DNA of 64,000 nucleotides, from positions 181,647 through 245,646 of the IMG/VR virus record IMGVR_UViG_3300030098_004828; one strand, written 5' to 3'. The translations under genes were made by a program, and so were the position numbers. The notes under the pieces were generated by a model that saw only the letters and a program-made list of their open reading frames with translations, was not told the origin of the DNA and searched no databases. This document shows, piece by piece, positions 32,301 to 41,165 of this stretch (the first letter of the stretch is position 1; each line of letters begins with the position of its first letter).

Positions 32301-35270
32301 GATATGGCCACGCAAAGAGATACACTTCTTGCATTAATGGATAAAATATATAAAAGACAAAGACAAAAAGTAATTGATGCTGTAATCTTAAGAAACTCAG
32401 AAATAAAAAAAGCTGCATCTAAATTAGAAAAATTAAGCGGGGGAAAAGTTGATTATAGTTTTATGTTAAGTTATGATCCTGAAGGTAACTTTACAGGTAG
32501 ATATGTTAAAGAAGTAGGACGTACATATTATGATAAACTAACCAAACTTAGAGAACAATTAACTGATATAGATGGTGTTTGGAAAGAGTATGTATATAAT
32601 GCAGATACATCTTGGTATGGTACAAAAGAAGGTCAAGAAGCTTTAAAACGTAATAAAGAGATACATGCTGCTAGGCAAAAGTTGCGTGAGTTTATGCAAC
32701 CTGAAAGAGTTATAGATGGTGTTCCACAAGATGGTTTAAATCATAAATATACTGCAGAGTTTAAAGAAGCTAGAGCAAAGTATCAAATTTTCAAACCTTA
32801 TAAAGGAGGTAAAGGTGGAAGATGGGTTAAAGCAGATGGTATATCTAAAGAAGAATACCAACAGTTTTTATTAAAGTATTATGATACTGTAGATTATAGT
32901 AGAGCTATATATGATCAGCAAGGAAATTTTACAGGAATGGTTCAACCAGATAGTGATTATTTTCCAAAAAGAGAGTTTACAGAAATAAGAACTGATTCTA
33001 CAATAGATGGTAAAAGTATAAAGGATGAAAAGTATGTAAAGCTTATGGAAACTGATCCTGCTGCTATGACAGAATTAGAAAAAGCACAAAAAGAATTTTA
33101 TGAAATGTATATAAAACATTTTGAAAATGACTTATTACAGAAACTTCCTCCATCAGTTATGGATCAAATGATTGGAAGAGTGCCTACAATTAAAGATAAT
33201 TTATATAATGATCTTAAAAAGAAAGGACCATTTTTTGTTAGGTTATGGGCAAAAATGACAAGAAGTATTAAGAACTTTTGGCAAACAACCTCAATTGCTA
33301 GAAAAGTTACTACAGATGAAAATGGTAATATAATAAATACTCTTCCTATTTATTATGTTGGTAAACCAAGAACAGAAAAAGAATTAGCTGATATTGAAGA
33401 TGCAATAAATAAACTTGATGCTGAATATAAAGCGCTTGATGATCCTAAACCAAAAGATGAAGATGCCTATAGAACTAAAAGAGGTGAGCTTATAGAAAAA
33501 AGAATGTCTTTACAAACAAGACCTACTGTAAATGAACTTCAAATGGATATAGCAGACAGCCTTATGAGATTTAGTATGATGGCTGAAAACTATGAGATCA
33601 TGGGTCAGATTGAAGATACTTTACATGCAATGCTTAAAGTTATTAAGCAAAGACAATATACTCCAGCTAGTGGTGAAAAATTAAGATCTATGGTTGGTGG
33701 TGTTATGAAAACTGTTGGTAGAAGAGCAACTGATGATTTAGAAGATCCTTTAATTGTTCAAAGAGCTAAGAAGTTTATGAAAATGGTTTATTATGATAAT
33801 GATAAAACAACCAAAGATATGTTTGATAAATTATCAGATGCATTAATAAGTTATACATCTTTAACTTATGTAGGTTTTAATCCATTTGGTAACTTTAATA
33901 ACTATATGGTTGGTAGAATGTCTAATTTTATAGAGACTGCTGGTGGTATGTATTATGATAGAAGAGCTGCTGGAAGAGCTATTATGGAGTTTAATAAAAG
34001 AGCAATACCAGATTTTATAAGATCTGTAGGTCATAGAACTTATTTAACTGAAAAATTAGGTATGGCTGCTGGACAATATGAAGACTATATACCTCAAAGT
34101 AAATATGAAGCAATGGTTGATTTCTTTAGAATGATGGATGCTAAAGCTGATATACGTGAAACAATAGGAAACAAAGGTAAAGATGGTGGTTGGGAAAGAT
34201 TTAAAGGATGGGGTTATATGATACAGGATGCTGCAGAATATAATGTACAAACTAAAGTAGGTATGTCAATCCTTATGACAATAAGAGCTGTAAAGCTTGA
34301 TGAAAATGGTGACATTGCAGAAGATATGTCTTTATATGATGCTCTTGATAATGATCCTCAAACTGGAGAAGTAAAATTAAAAGATGGTTTTACTCATATT
34401 CAAGAGTATAGAAATGGTAAATTAAGAACTAGAAAAAATAAAGAAGGAAAAGAAGTTGCTAGATTAAAGGAGTGGAATAATGATACTAGATATGATATTA
34501 GAAATAATATACGTGAAGTAAATAAACAAATACACGGTAACTATGCATATGAAGATAGAACTATAATGCAAACTATGGCTTTAGGTAGATTGGCAATGCA
34601 GTTTCATAAATGGGTTGCTCCAACTATTAAAGCTAGGTTTAGACCAGAATATTATGATGAAAACTTAGGATGGGTTGAAGGTAGATATTTAACAGGATGG
34701 AGTTTTATGAAATATGCTGTTACTAATTTAAGAGAAGGACGTAATGTGCTTAGAAATTGGAAAGCACAACAAGGTGCAAAAGGTGAATATAAAGTAAGAA
34801 ATTTAAAAAGAAATATAGGAGATATAACTGTAGTATTAGCTTCAATATTCTTAAAGATAATTTTAACAGCTATGCTTAAAGGCGGAGATGCAGATGATGA
34901 TGAGTCAGCATTACAAAGAAAATTAGAAAATGTTTTACTCTATCAATTAGATAGACAGAAACAAGAATTCATGATGTTCTGGCCTATATTAGGAGCTGAA
35001 GAATTATTTAAATTAAGTAAGTCCCCTTTCTCTTCATTAAGAACATTAGAAGAATTAGCTGAAGCTGGAGGTGTTACATTTAGTACTATAACTTTAGGTT
35101 TAACAAAATCTAAAGAAGATTTTTTAGCAGATAAAAGAGTTGTATATCAAAGAGGAAGTAGAACAGGACAATGGAAAATAAACAAAAATTGGATGGATGC
35201 TGTTCCACTATTATATGCTTTTGAAAAATGGAAAAAGTATATGGATCAACAAGATTTTCATGTTAAATAA
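29316..35270 (+). CDS. Large ejection/polyvalent protein (about 1984 aa): degenerate zincin, PD-(D/E)XK nuclease with LysM insert, helical C-terminus
   Basis: EEVLH at 30054-30068; SVT..AGTIDLL..VDLKT..QVNVY at 30735-31433; LysM-like YPVGPNETLDDVLNTYGLKMEELMLAN..IQIP at 30774-30926. ATG 29316 is preferred over the track's TTG 29310. Confidence 0.7.
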   Translation: MKCYNRNSGEYQELYKKYGSYLKTDMLIDEYQAVHKTDIIPTIQDVAQLQKTKRTQFSLKKKELSKAIIANLRNKGYIRKRNGQWWIVSNKQYGYNDYDFDPATFRRNAEAIKAYLRLWNIPKEFLILEFGTRKKYRGYDNNHPSLRAAEIIQWGRIEFDKDALTLEDTLPEMRSKNTTHINMLLEHLKKVFPQIGMDIVSVAEAKEYYESLPASQQMVPFSQIKSYIYDGRAKIIKGRVTAETAVEEVLHPFVNALMIENPALTKALLKEAEENFPVLAQEIIEAYSDKRGFTNRDRQNELLTQALSRHFNEEFEGKPTRGWREKILELLQWLAKHVSDIWKYVSGNELVLTAGMINEKTSMSDLARLLNTKDLQFKLDERAIKNDGKIQFKLSKRLQDILDRRFANATDAQNKTKEKLFHQGKVSKEEIDILSATGVNPVDGTKTPLTILDKGKDNKQHVYRNIATGDIGTSVTSLINGEFVQEYPVGPNETLDDVLNTYGLKMEELMLANRMTEQELKQAFKKGKNKIGRIQIPRGNEFAINREIGEDFDNIMNGLAEGLPWNEIKEDMTFERVPEALAEKFYNQVLDLLYNEVTSTPNWFSRGAIVVPQVVVSNIINTGELNSKGQPIHRFVAGTIDLLVINEDGSVFPVDLKTSWTSISDPAYNKGYPVGPGSILYDPSKSQSEQRKLSKKQRHGAQVNVYGRLLENSGYDVRGKQTNADLRAITFHFQVKLDKNNEKLVDYNYDGSKNHVPGHFDDIAEKIAPYQVDKKRQKQVQSESVDQYLEEEDNSKQLAEEEIIASDTYQAIFEVMDQFQQHLISRRKAVDRLRESVKLMGTKAQEIEKIDFAISAITLAMRDAKVDVLYTELLRDAIKQLDSFLEYIDPARGNATHPEFISKVVNFQRTLEGFQGLTKLTKNEGLTNEQLKLKDTLQTKLTEIADGGDSKINLAIDDYVRTLVRNESSRDFDDQDLDLLMRRGQDIGMAIYYTGDMATQRDTLLALMDKIYKRQRQKVIDAVILRNSEIKKAASKLEKLSGGKVDYSFMLSYDPEGNFTGRYVKEVGRTYYDKLTKLREQLTDIDGVWKEYVYNADTSWYGTKEGQEALKRNKEIHAARQKLREFMQPERVIDGVPQDGLNHKYTAEFKEARAKYQIFKPYKGGKGGRWVKADGISKEEYQQFLLKYYDTVDYSRAIYDQQGNFTGMVQPDSDYFPKREFTEIRTDSTIDGKSIKDEKYVKLMETDPAAMTELEKAQKEFYEMYIKHFENDLLQKLPPSVMDQMIGRVPTIKDNLYNDLKKKGPFFVRLWAKMTRSIKNFWQTTSIARKVTTDENGNIINTLPIYYVGKPRTEKELADIEDAINKLDAEYKALDDPKPKDEDAYRTKRGELIEKRMSLQTRPTVNELQMDIADSLMRFSMMAENYEIMGQIEDTLHAMLKVIKQRQYTPASGEKLRSMVGGVMKTVGRRATDDLEDPLIVQRAKKFMKMVYYDNDKTTKDMFDKLSDALISYTSLTYVGFNPFGNFNNYMVGRMSNFIETAGGMYYDRRAAGRAIMEFNKRAIPDFIRSVGHRTYLTEKLGMAAGQYEDYIPQSKYEAMVDFFRMMDAKADIRETIGNKGKDGGWERFKGWGYMIQDAAEYNVQTKVGMSILMTIRAVKLDENGDIAEDMSLYDALDNDPQTGEVKLKDGFTHIQEYRNGKLRTRKNKEGKEVARLKEWNNDTRYDIRNNIREVNKQIHGNYAYEDRTIMQTMALGRLAMQFHKWVAPTIKARFRPEYYDENLGWVEGRYLTGWSFMKYAVTNLREGRNVLRNWKAQQGAKGEYKVRNLKRNIGDITVVLASIFLKIILTAMLKGGDADDDESALQRKLENVLLYQLDRQKQEFMMFWPILGAEELFKLSKSPFSSLRTLEELAEAGGVTFSTITLGLTKSKEDFLADKRVVYQRGSRTGQWKINKNWMDAVPLLYAFEKWKKYMDQQDFHVK

Positions 35271-35396
35271 TTTAACATAAGCTTAACATAAAACTTACAG
35301 ATAATTAACAAGAGTTTACTATCTTATTTATATGAAGATAGATGTAACTCCTATAATATATATACTGATGATGATATCAGTTTTTACATTAGGGAT

Positions 35397-35567
35397 ATGC
35401 CTGTAAACAAAAAAATTCTTAAAATAACTAAAGAAGAGTATGATAGACTTAGTAAAGAATATTCATACATTTTAGATTTATATATGTCAGATAATACATA
35501 TTATGTTATTGGAACTTTTGAGGATCTTAAGAGTGTGGGTCTTGATCCTGGCGTTCCTTTTGTTTAA
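35397..35567 (+). CDS. Small hypothetical protein (56 aa, MPVNKKILKITKEEYDRL...PGVPFV), not in the track
   Basis: Translated by hand. It fills otherwise empty space and converges on the DUF5522-like ORF with a 41-bp overlap. Confidence 0.45.
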   Translation: MPVNKKILKITKEEYDRLSKEYSYILDLYMSDNTYYVIGTFEDLKSVGLDPGVPFV

Positions 35568-35676
35568 AAGGGCAATGCCTGCAGCCACTACCGCAACAAT
35601 ACCCCCTTTTACGGTGGTATGATGCGGTAAAGACTACCTTTCCTTTTTCATAATAGAATAGTTTATTTGACTTCAC
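35527..35676 (-). CDS. DUF5522-like Cys-rich small protein (49 aa), not in the track
   Basis: Hand translation from GTG: MKSNKLFYYEKGKVVFTASYHRKRGYCCGSGCRHCPFKQKERQDQDPHS. RGYCCGSGCRHCP is the DUF5522 signature. The start overlaps the nrdJ 3' end. Confidence 0.8.
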   Translation of the reverse strand: MKSNKLFYYEKGKVVFTASYHRKRGYCCGSGCRHCPFKQKERQDQDPHS

Positions 35677-37522
35677 AAGCACCCCCAGCACACGCTAGCT
35701 CCCCAGTTAGATTAGTTTCATCATCTTGTTCAATAACCTTAGACAGATCAATGTCCATTAATGATTTAACCATTTGATCATATTGTCCTACATATATATC
35801 TTCAAACGGAGCTTGGGTATATGTACCACCATCATATGGAAGTACAGCTAGACCATTATAATGATCTCTGTTTTCCCACATCCAGTCACCAGCTAAATCC
35901 CAGTCTTCATCTTTTAAACTAATTGTAGCAGAAACATTATGAGTATTAGATCCAGATCTATGTCCAGTTTTCACCCATTCAGTTGCTACTTTCTTTACTC
36001 TTTCTAATAGTTGGAAAGCAGATTCAGTTCTTAAGATAGAGCCTTCCGGGGCCTTTTGGGGTATACTTATAACTGCTGTATCATGACCACGGAAGACACA
36101 ATCTTCTACTAAATCAGGATGATTCTTAGCAAGATATCCATATATAGCTTCATTCTTTCCTACACGTATTCTTCTAATGTAGTAATCATTATGCCATGCA
36201 TGAATACCGGAACTAGTCCCTAATGTTAATGATGTTGTACCAGCAGGTTTTACTGTTGTTGTTCTAGCAGCTCTTCTGATACCAATTAATTTAGCAACAC
36301 GTGCATTTTCTTTCTTTACTACTTTAGCAGCAGCTTCCATATCATAACCAAGTATTCTACCAGATCCTATACCAGTCATAGATACACCAATTAATGCATC
36401 TTTTTCTGTAGTCTCTTGCCATACTGGTCTGAGATAGTGGAAGTTAGTATATCCTGCTTGAAGTGTTCCTATAAATGCAGCAGCCTTAACTCTTAACTCT
36501 AAGTCTTCTTGAGATTCAATGTTACTTACATTAACTTCACAAAGATTACAAAATTGAAAAGGACGTAAAGCAATCTCACAACAAGGATTGGTTCCCCAAT
36601 CTTTATCATTGTTAAAGTAAATACCAGGTTCACCAGCTTTACTTAACTCAACTCTCTTCCATAGATCCATAAAGAAAGACTTAGTTATCTTATGTCTCAT
36701 AAGCACTGCAGAGTTATTAGCTCTACCACGTTGTGGATTTAGTTCCCACCAAGCACCAGCTTTACAAGCAATCATTTCATTATCATCAGCACTAAATAAA
36801 CTAATAAGAGCAGCACGCCTAATACCTCCAGCTAATACAGCATCAGCTATATGACAAACTATATCATGTACTTCTAAAGTACTAAGTTGATCACCATCTT
36901 CTTTACTATCTAATATACCAGTAACTTTTAATATACATTCTTTTAATGGCTGTGGACCAGGGGCTTTACCACCAGAAGTTACTAGTCTAGCGCCTTTTGG
37001 TCTAATGTCTGAATAGTCAAATACTATACGTGAACTCTTACCGTTTAAATAAGACTTCATTAGAATCTTAATAGCATCTGCCCAACCTTCAATAGAGTCA
37101 CCAATTAAATAACGTCTTGTTCTTTTTGGATATGGTTTATTTATTAATGAAAGTTTATCAACGTGATGTCTTTGTACAGAGTAACCAACACCTGTTCCTC
37201 CAAGTAATAAGAACATAGTCTCAGCAAAAGCATCTATATGATCTATAGGAAGGTATGCACAGTTATATATTCTGTTAGGACTAATCTCAATTGGTTTACC
37301 ACCAAACTGCATAGACCTCATAGAGGGCAAAACCTTTTTATCAAATACATATTCATATACACCTTTTATATCATCCTTAAGTTTAGGATATGATTTAATA
37401 TGCATATTCATATTTCTAGTGACCAGTTCTTTCCAGGTCTCTCTTCTTTTTAATTCTGGATTATACCGTGCATATTTCATATGGACAGTAATATCACTTA
37501 GGATCTTGTTATTCAATTCCAT
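35663..37522 (-). CDS. nrdJ: Class II (adenosylcobalamin-dependent) ribonucleotide reductase, monomeric RTPR type
   Basis: KYAR..RRETW, VLPSMRSMQF, NCAY, GTNPCCEI, TTVKPAGTTS and C-terminal CAGGACE. 619 aa. No nrdB in the window. Confidence 0.92.
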   Translation of the reverse strand: MELNNKILSDITVHMKYARYNPELKRRETWKELVTRNMNMHIKSYPKLKDDIKGVYEYVFDKKVLPSMRSMQFGGKPIEISPNRIYNCAYLPIDHIDAFAETMFLLLGGTGVGYSVQRHHVDKLSLINKPYPKRTRRYLIGDSIEGWADAIKILMKSYLNGKSSRIVFDYSDIRPKGARLVTSGGKAPGPQPLKECILKVTGILDSKEDGDQLSTLEVHDIVCHIADAVLAGGIRRAALISLFSADDNEMIACKAGAWWELNPQRGRANNSAVLMRHKITKSFFMDLWKRVELSKAGEPGIYFNNDKDWGTNPCCEIALRPFQFCNLCEVNVSNIESQEDLELRVKAAAFIGTLQAGYTNFHYLRPVWQETTEKDALIGVSMTGIGSGRILGYDMEAAAKVVKKENARVAKLIGIRRAARTTTVKPAGTTSLTLGTSSGIHAWHNDYYIRRIRVGKNEAIYGYLAKNHPDLVEDCVFRGHDTAVISIPQKAPEGSILRTESAFQLLERVKKVATEWVKTGHRSGSNTHNVSATISLKDEDWDLAGDWMWENRDHYNGLAVLPYDGGTYTQAPFEDIYVGQYDQMVKSLMDIDLSKVIEQDDETNLTGELACAGGACEVK

Positions 37523-37577
37523 GCTTTTGTTATTTAATAGTTAATAAAATGATAATACCTATGAGAAGTAGGTAATA

Positions 37578-37585
37578 ATAATATA
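37578..37585 (-). promoter_or_regulatory. Putative promoter core TATATTAT upstream of nrdJ (divergent promoter region 37523-37692)
   Basis: Same octamer core as the + strand motifs, in the opposite orientation. Confidence 0.35.
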
Positions 37586-37639
37586 GTTAATTTTCCAGAA
37601 ATAATCTGTGTGTTTTCCATTTTTAGTTGTTAAAGTTTT

Positions 37640-37652
37640 TTTGTATATTATA
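37640..37652 (+). promoter_or_regulatory. Putative late promoter TTTGTATATTATA
   Basis: Intergenic copy of the repeated motif. A second variant, TTTAGTATGCTAATA, is at 37661. Confidence 0.55.
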
Positions 37653-37692
37653 GTATATACTTTAGTATGCTAATATAATAAAAAATTTTAAT

Positions 37693-38040
37693 ATGGGAAT
37701 AAATAAAACAAATGTACCTGGATCTTTTGAGAAACAGGTTATTGCTACTGACAAAACTACTAAAGCAGTTAGAAGAGGTCTGGGTGATTATGGTGCCAAG
37801 TTTGTTGGTGATGATGCTGTACATGTAGGTAAATGGTATGCTATTCAAGGTCTTCAATCAGCCGTTCTGGATGTTTCAGATTGTGAATTTAATGGTGTGG
37901 CTGGAAATTTAACTTCTGGTGATCAAGTAGATGTTAGTGCAGGAGATATAAAAATACCTGATGGTTGTACTATATTTCTTAATGCTAATAAACTATCATT
38001 AGTAACCGGAGGACACGCAATCTTTTATAGAAGACCTTAA
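37693..38040 (+). CDS. Small beta-rich putative virion protein (115 aa)
   Basis: GKWYAIQGLQSAV and IPDGCTIF patterns like small phage structural proteins. Late operon. Confidence 0.45.
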   Translation: MGINKTNVPGSFEKQVIATDKTTKAVRRGLGDYGAKFVGDDAVHVGKWYAIQGLQSAVLDVSDCEFNGVAGNLTSGDQVDVSAGDIKIPDGCTIFLNANKLSLVTGGHAIFYRRP

Positions 38041-38041
38041 T

Positions 38042-38962
38042 ATGCTTAATTTAGTTAATAGTCTTGGTATACAATCTGATGGTAGAATACAATATGATCC
38101 TGCCCAAATTGCTACACATGATAAAGATGCTAGTTTGACACTTACAGGATGGTTTGATTTTAATGATGGATCTACAATTTTTGAAGACACAGGAGGAACA
38201 GATGCTGCAGAAGATGGTGATAATATAGCACGAATAAATAATAAAGCTTATGATGGATTAGGAGCAAGTTCAGCATCAATAAATGAATTTGCATCTCAAG
38301 GAACTGCTGGTGCAAGACCTGTATGGACTGCCCCTAGTGGTCTTAATGCTGGTTATGCAACATTTGCTGATGATGTTTTAGAATCTAGTGTACTACAAGG
38401 AAATGCATCTACTGGCAGAATGGGTGGTGTTAATTTTAATCCTCAAGGGTTTACATTTATGGCAGTTGTAAAAGGTAATCCAACAGGTATAACCGGACCT
38501 GCTGAACCTATATTCACATTTACTGACCGAACTAGATCTGATTCAGGACTTGAGTATGGAGCATCTGCACTTGGAAATGATATTGTATTTAATTTTAATA
38601 CTAAAATGAATACACCTTTTTCAACTAGTACCGTTAGACCTAATACTGATGTAACATGTATTACATTAACAGGTGGTACATCAACTAGTCCAACTAATAG
38701 TTTAAAGTGGTATATAGATGGTGATCTAGAAAACACTGATACAACAAATTACTCTGCATTTGGACGTGATTTAACTCAGAATGATCCTTCTGTTGGCTTT
38801 AATATAGGATGGTGTTTTAGTCTTAATAGGTCTGTTACTAAAGGTTGGAATGGAAGAATTTATGAAATTGTTATGTATGATAAGTGTTTAAGTGATTATC
38901 AACGGCATCAATTACATAGATATGTAGGAACAAAGTATGATATTAGTATGACAATATCTTAA
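38042..38962 (+). CDS. LamG/concanavalin-A-like jelly-roll protein (putative tail/adsorption protein)
   Basis: LTGWFDFND..DGDNIARINNK..QGTAGARPVW..WNGRIYEIVMYDKCLSD..LHRYVGTKY. Confidence 0.8.
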   Translation: MLNLVNSLGIQSDGRIQYDPAQIATHDKDASLTLTGWFDFNDGSTIFEDTGGTDAAEDGDNIARINNKAYDGLGASSASINEFASQGTAGARPVWTAPSGLNAGYATFADDVLESSVLQGNASTGRMGGVNFNPQGFTFMAVVKGNPTGITGPAEPIFTFTDRTRSDSGLEYGASALGNDIVFNFNTKMNTPFSTSTVRPNTDVTCITLTGGTSTSPTNSLKWYIDGDLENTDTTNYSAFGRDLTQNDPSVGFNIGWCFSLNRSVTKGWNGRIYEIVMYDKCLSDYQRHQLHRYVGTKYDISMTIS

Positions 38963-38966
38963 AATA

Positions 38967-38979
38967 TTTGTATATTATA
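38967..38979 (+). promoter_or_regulatory. Putative promoter TTTGTATATTATA immediately before ATG 38982
   Basis: Copy of the repeated motif in a 19-bp intergenic gap. Confidence 0.5.
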
Positions 38980-38981
38980 TT

Positions 38982-39290
38982 ATGGAGTACTACATCTTTA
39001 CAGTTATAATTACAGCACTAACAGTATTGTTTAGTACAGAGGCATGGAGGTATTATAAATCTAAATTAGATATTAACTACAATAAAGAATCTATGGCAGC
39101 TAAAAAAGAAAGAGAGTATACAAATAGTCTTGTAGAAAGAGTATGTAAGCTTGAAGATCTTTTGGGAGAAAGCTCTGCAGAAAAAGATTTTTTAAGAGAG
39201 AAAGTATTAGCATTAACAGAAGAGGTAGCAGGTTTAAGAGAAAGAGTTAAGTTTCTTGAAGCTGAAAATGAACGTTTAAAATTATTATAG
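38982..39290 (+). CDS. Single-TM coiled-coil membrane protein (holin/spanin-like candidate)
   Basis: Hydrophobic N-terminus (YYIFTVIITALTVLF) followed by a heptad-like C-terminus. Confidence 0.45.
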   Translation: MEYYIFTVIITALTVLFSTEAWRYYKSKLDINYNKESMAAKKEREYTNSLVERVCKLEDLLGESSAEKDFLREKVLALTEEVAGLRERVKFLEAENERLKLL

Positions 39291-39294
39291 TAAT

Positions 39295-39534
39295 ATGAAT
39301 AACGAAATAGAAAAATACAATCAGAAAGAAAGAGCTGTTGCTAAAGCAACAAAAAATAATATGTTATTAAAAGCTGCTTTAATATTACAAAGCGAAAACA
39401 GTGAGTTAAAAGTTCAAAATGAATTACTTCAAACTAAAGTTAATAGAGGAAATTTAATTGCCGATGCTAGAAAAGTTAGCAATGTTAAAGCAAATCAAAG
39501 GAAAACACCCACACGTTATGGTGGATCAAGATAA
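39295..39534 (+). CDS. Small coiled-coil basic protein ending RYGGSR
   Basis: ORF track; tightly packed in the operon. Confidence 0.55.
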   Translation: MNNEIEKYNQKERAVAKATKNNMLLKAALILQSENSELKVQNELLQTKVNRGNLIADARKVSNVKANQRKTPTRYGGSR

Positions 39535-39539
39535 TTATT

Positions 39540-39824
39540 ATGGCAAAAGAATTAAATGAAGACACAGGTTTTAAGGTAAGTATAAAAACACTTATAGGAA
39601 TAGGGGTTGCAATGGCTACAGTTATTGGTATGTGGTTTGCACTTCAAGCAGACATTGAAGAAGCTAAAATGCTTCCAGAACCACCAGCACCAGATGTAAC
39701 AAGAATGGAGTTTGATATGAAGGATAAAAATATACGTCTCACTATTGAGAATACTCAAGATGATGTGACAGAAATTAAAGAAGATTTAAGACGTATAGAA
39801 GACAAAATTGATGATTTAAAATGA
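39540..39824 (+). CDS. Single-TM coiled-coil membrane protein
   Basis: TM segment IKTLIGIGVAMATVIGMWFALQ, then a Pro linker and coiled coil. Confidence 0.55.
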   Translation: MAKELNEDTGFKVSIKTLIGIGVAMATVIGMWFALQADIEEAKMLPEPPAPDVTRMEFDMKDKNIRLTIENTQDDVTEIKEDLRRIEDKIDDLK

Positions 39825-40144
39825 AAAACCTAACATATATATTTTTACTATTTGCAGCTACAGTTAGTGCTCAAATAGAAGTTGTTCAATATAATGCGGG
39901 ATGGAATTCTAGCAATGATGTTGAATGGGTAGAAGAACTTACAGATTGTGAAATAAATTATATTGATATAGCTGCTAAGCCAAAACAGCAAGCAAAAAAT
40001 AAAATAGAAGTAGTTCCTACTATCATAATATTTGATGAAGGTGAGGAAATAGAAAGATTTCAAGCAGATATATCTTTTAGCATAAAAGCAACAAGAGAAG
40101 AAATACAAGAAATAATAGATGAATTAATTGTAAATAAATTTTAA
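39821..40144 (+). CDS. Exported thioredoxin-fold protein lacking CxxC
   Basis: Sec signal (..AATVSA|Q), then VVQYNAGWN (replacing the WCxxC position) and IEVVPTIIIFDEGEEIERF (cis-Pro strand). Confidence 0.65.
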   Translation: MKNLTYIFLLFAATVSAQIEVVQYNAGWNSSNDVEWVEELTDCEINYIDIAAKPKQQAKNKIEVVPTIIIFDEGEEIERFQADISFSIKATREEIQEIIDELIVNKF

Positions 40145-40145
40145 A

Positions 40146-40241
40146 ATGAGAAAATTTTTATGTAAATTATTGTATATAGTTAGTTTTAAAACTGTATGTT
40201 GGCACATCTGTAAAGAAGATAAGTGCTGTAAAGAAAAATAA
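40146..40241 (+). CDS. 31-aa Cys-rich micro-ORF MRKFLCKLLYIVSFKTVCWHICKEDKCCKEK
   Basis: Hand translation; starts 1 nt after the previous stop. Confidence 0.45.
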   Translation: MRKFLCKLLYIVSFKTVCWHICKEDKCCKEK

Positions 40242-40283
40242 CCACAAGTTATAACTAGTTAATAAATTTAAAAAAAGAATAAT

Positions 40284-40754
40284 ATGGCTTCAATAAAGAC
40301 AACTTTTTCTATTATTGGTACAGGTGCCTCTTCAACAAATCCAATTAGCATTACACCACAAGCTGCTACAATTACTGTAACAGATCCTGAAGAAACAGGA
40401 ACATTAGATGTTAGTGCAACTGGAGTTTCTGGAGATGAACAGATTATAATTAATCCTACTGCTTCAGATAGTACAGCAATGGGTGCAACTGCTGCTGGTT
40501 CTTGGGTTTACTTAAGAAACGGTGCTACAACTGGTTCATCTTTACTAAAGGTTCAAGCTTACTTAAAAGCAGCTGAGCAAGCAGGTGGAGCAGCAGCTAT
40601 GTGGGTTACAATATGTTCACTTAAACCAGGTGAATTTATGTGGTATAGCCCAGTTAATGTTACTGATGGTGGAACAGATATAAAAAGAGGTTGTAAGGTA
40701 GTTAATTCAACTGCTACTGCGACAACTTGTGAATTCGCAAGGTTTAATAGATAA
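40284..40754 (+). CDS. Small beta-rich putative virion protein, paralog 1
   Basis: WVYLRN..SLKPGEFMWY motif shared with 40773 and 45968. Confidence 0.55.
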   Translation: MASIKTTFSIIGTGASSTNPISITPQAATITVTDPEETGTLDVSATGVSGDEQIIINPTASDSTAMGATAAGSWVYLRNGATTGSSLLKVQAYLKAAEQAGGAAAMWVTICSLKPGEFMWYSPVNVTDGGTDIKRGCKVVNSTATATTCEFARFNR

Positions 40755-40772
40755 TTTTAAAAAATAATAATA

Positions 40773-41153
40773 ATGGCAAATTTAATATGTACATTTACCG
40801 CTCAAGAAACAAGTCTGGGACCTGATAAAGTAACTATTAGTGAGTTAAATAAAAGTTTTGTTGTAGAAACTCCTACTATTTCAGCTGGTGCTACCGTTGC
40901 TGCAGGTGTAACTAAAACAATTTTTACTGCTCCAACTAAGGATGCTTATATGTTCCTTAAAATGACAGGTGATAGTGGAGACACCGGTTGTGTTGTTGAT
41001 GTTAATGCTCAGCCCGCTGCTACATTAAGACATAATGATTTTTGTTTTTTCAGAGTTCCTGGTGGTTTAGCAGTAACTGTTGAAAATAAAGCAGGATCTA
41101 CTTCTACTATTGAGTGGTCAACTTGGGAATGTGAGACTCAAGTAGCACGATAA
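40773..41153 (+). CDS. Small beta-rich putative virion protein, paralog 2
   Basis: AYMFLKMTG..TLRHNDFCFFRVP. Confidence 0.55.
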   Translation: MANLICTFTAQETSLGPDKVTISELNKSFVVETPTISAGATVAAGVTKTIFTAPTKDAYMFLKMTGDSGDTGCVVDVNAQPAATLRHNDFCFFRVPGGLAVTVENKAGSTSTIEWSTWECETQVAR

Positions 41154-41165
41154 TACTAATCTACA

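Noticed and set aside
35272-35291. Direct repeat TTAACATAA x2 after the 1984-aa gene
   Set aside because: Nine bp of AT-rich sequence with no further copies noticed; compatible with chance.
37523-37600. Cobalamin riboswitch upstream of nrdJ
   Set aside because: The leader is too short and AT-rich. It has only a 6-bp hairpin (TACCTA/TAGGTA, 37556-37574) and no B12-box.
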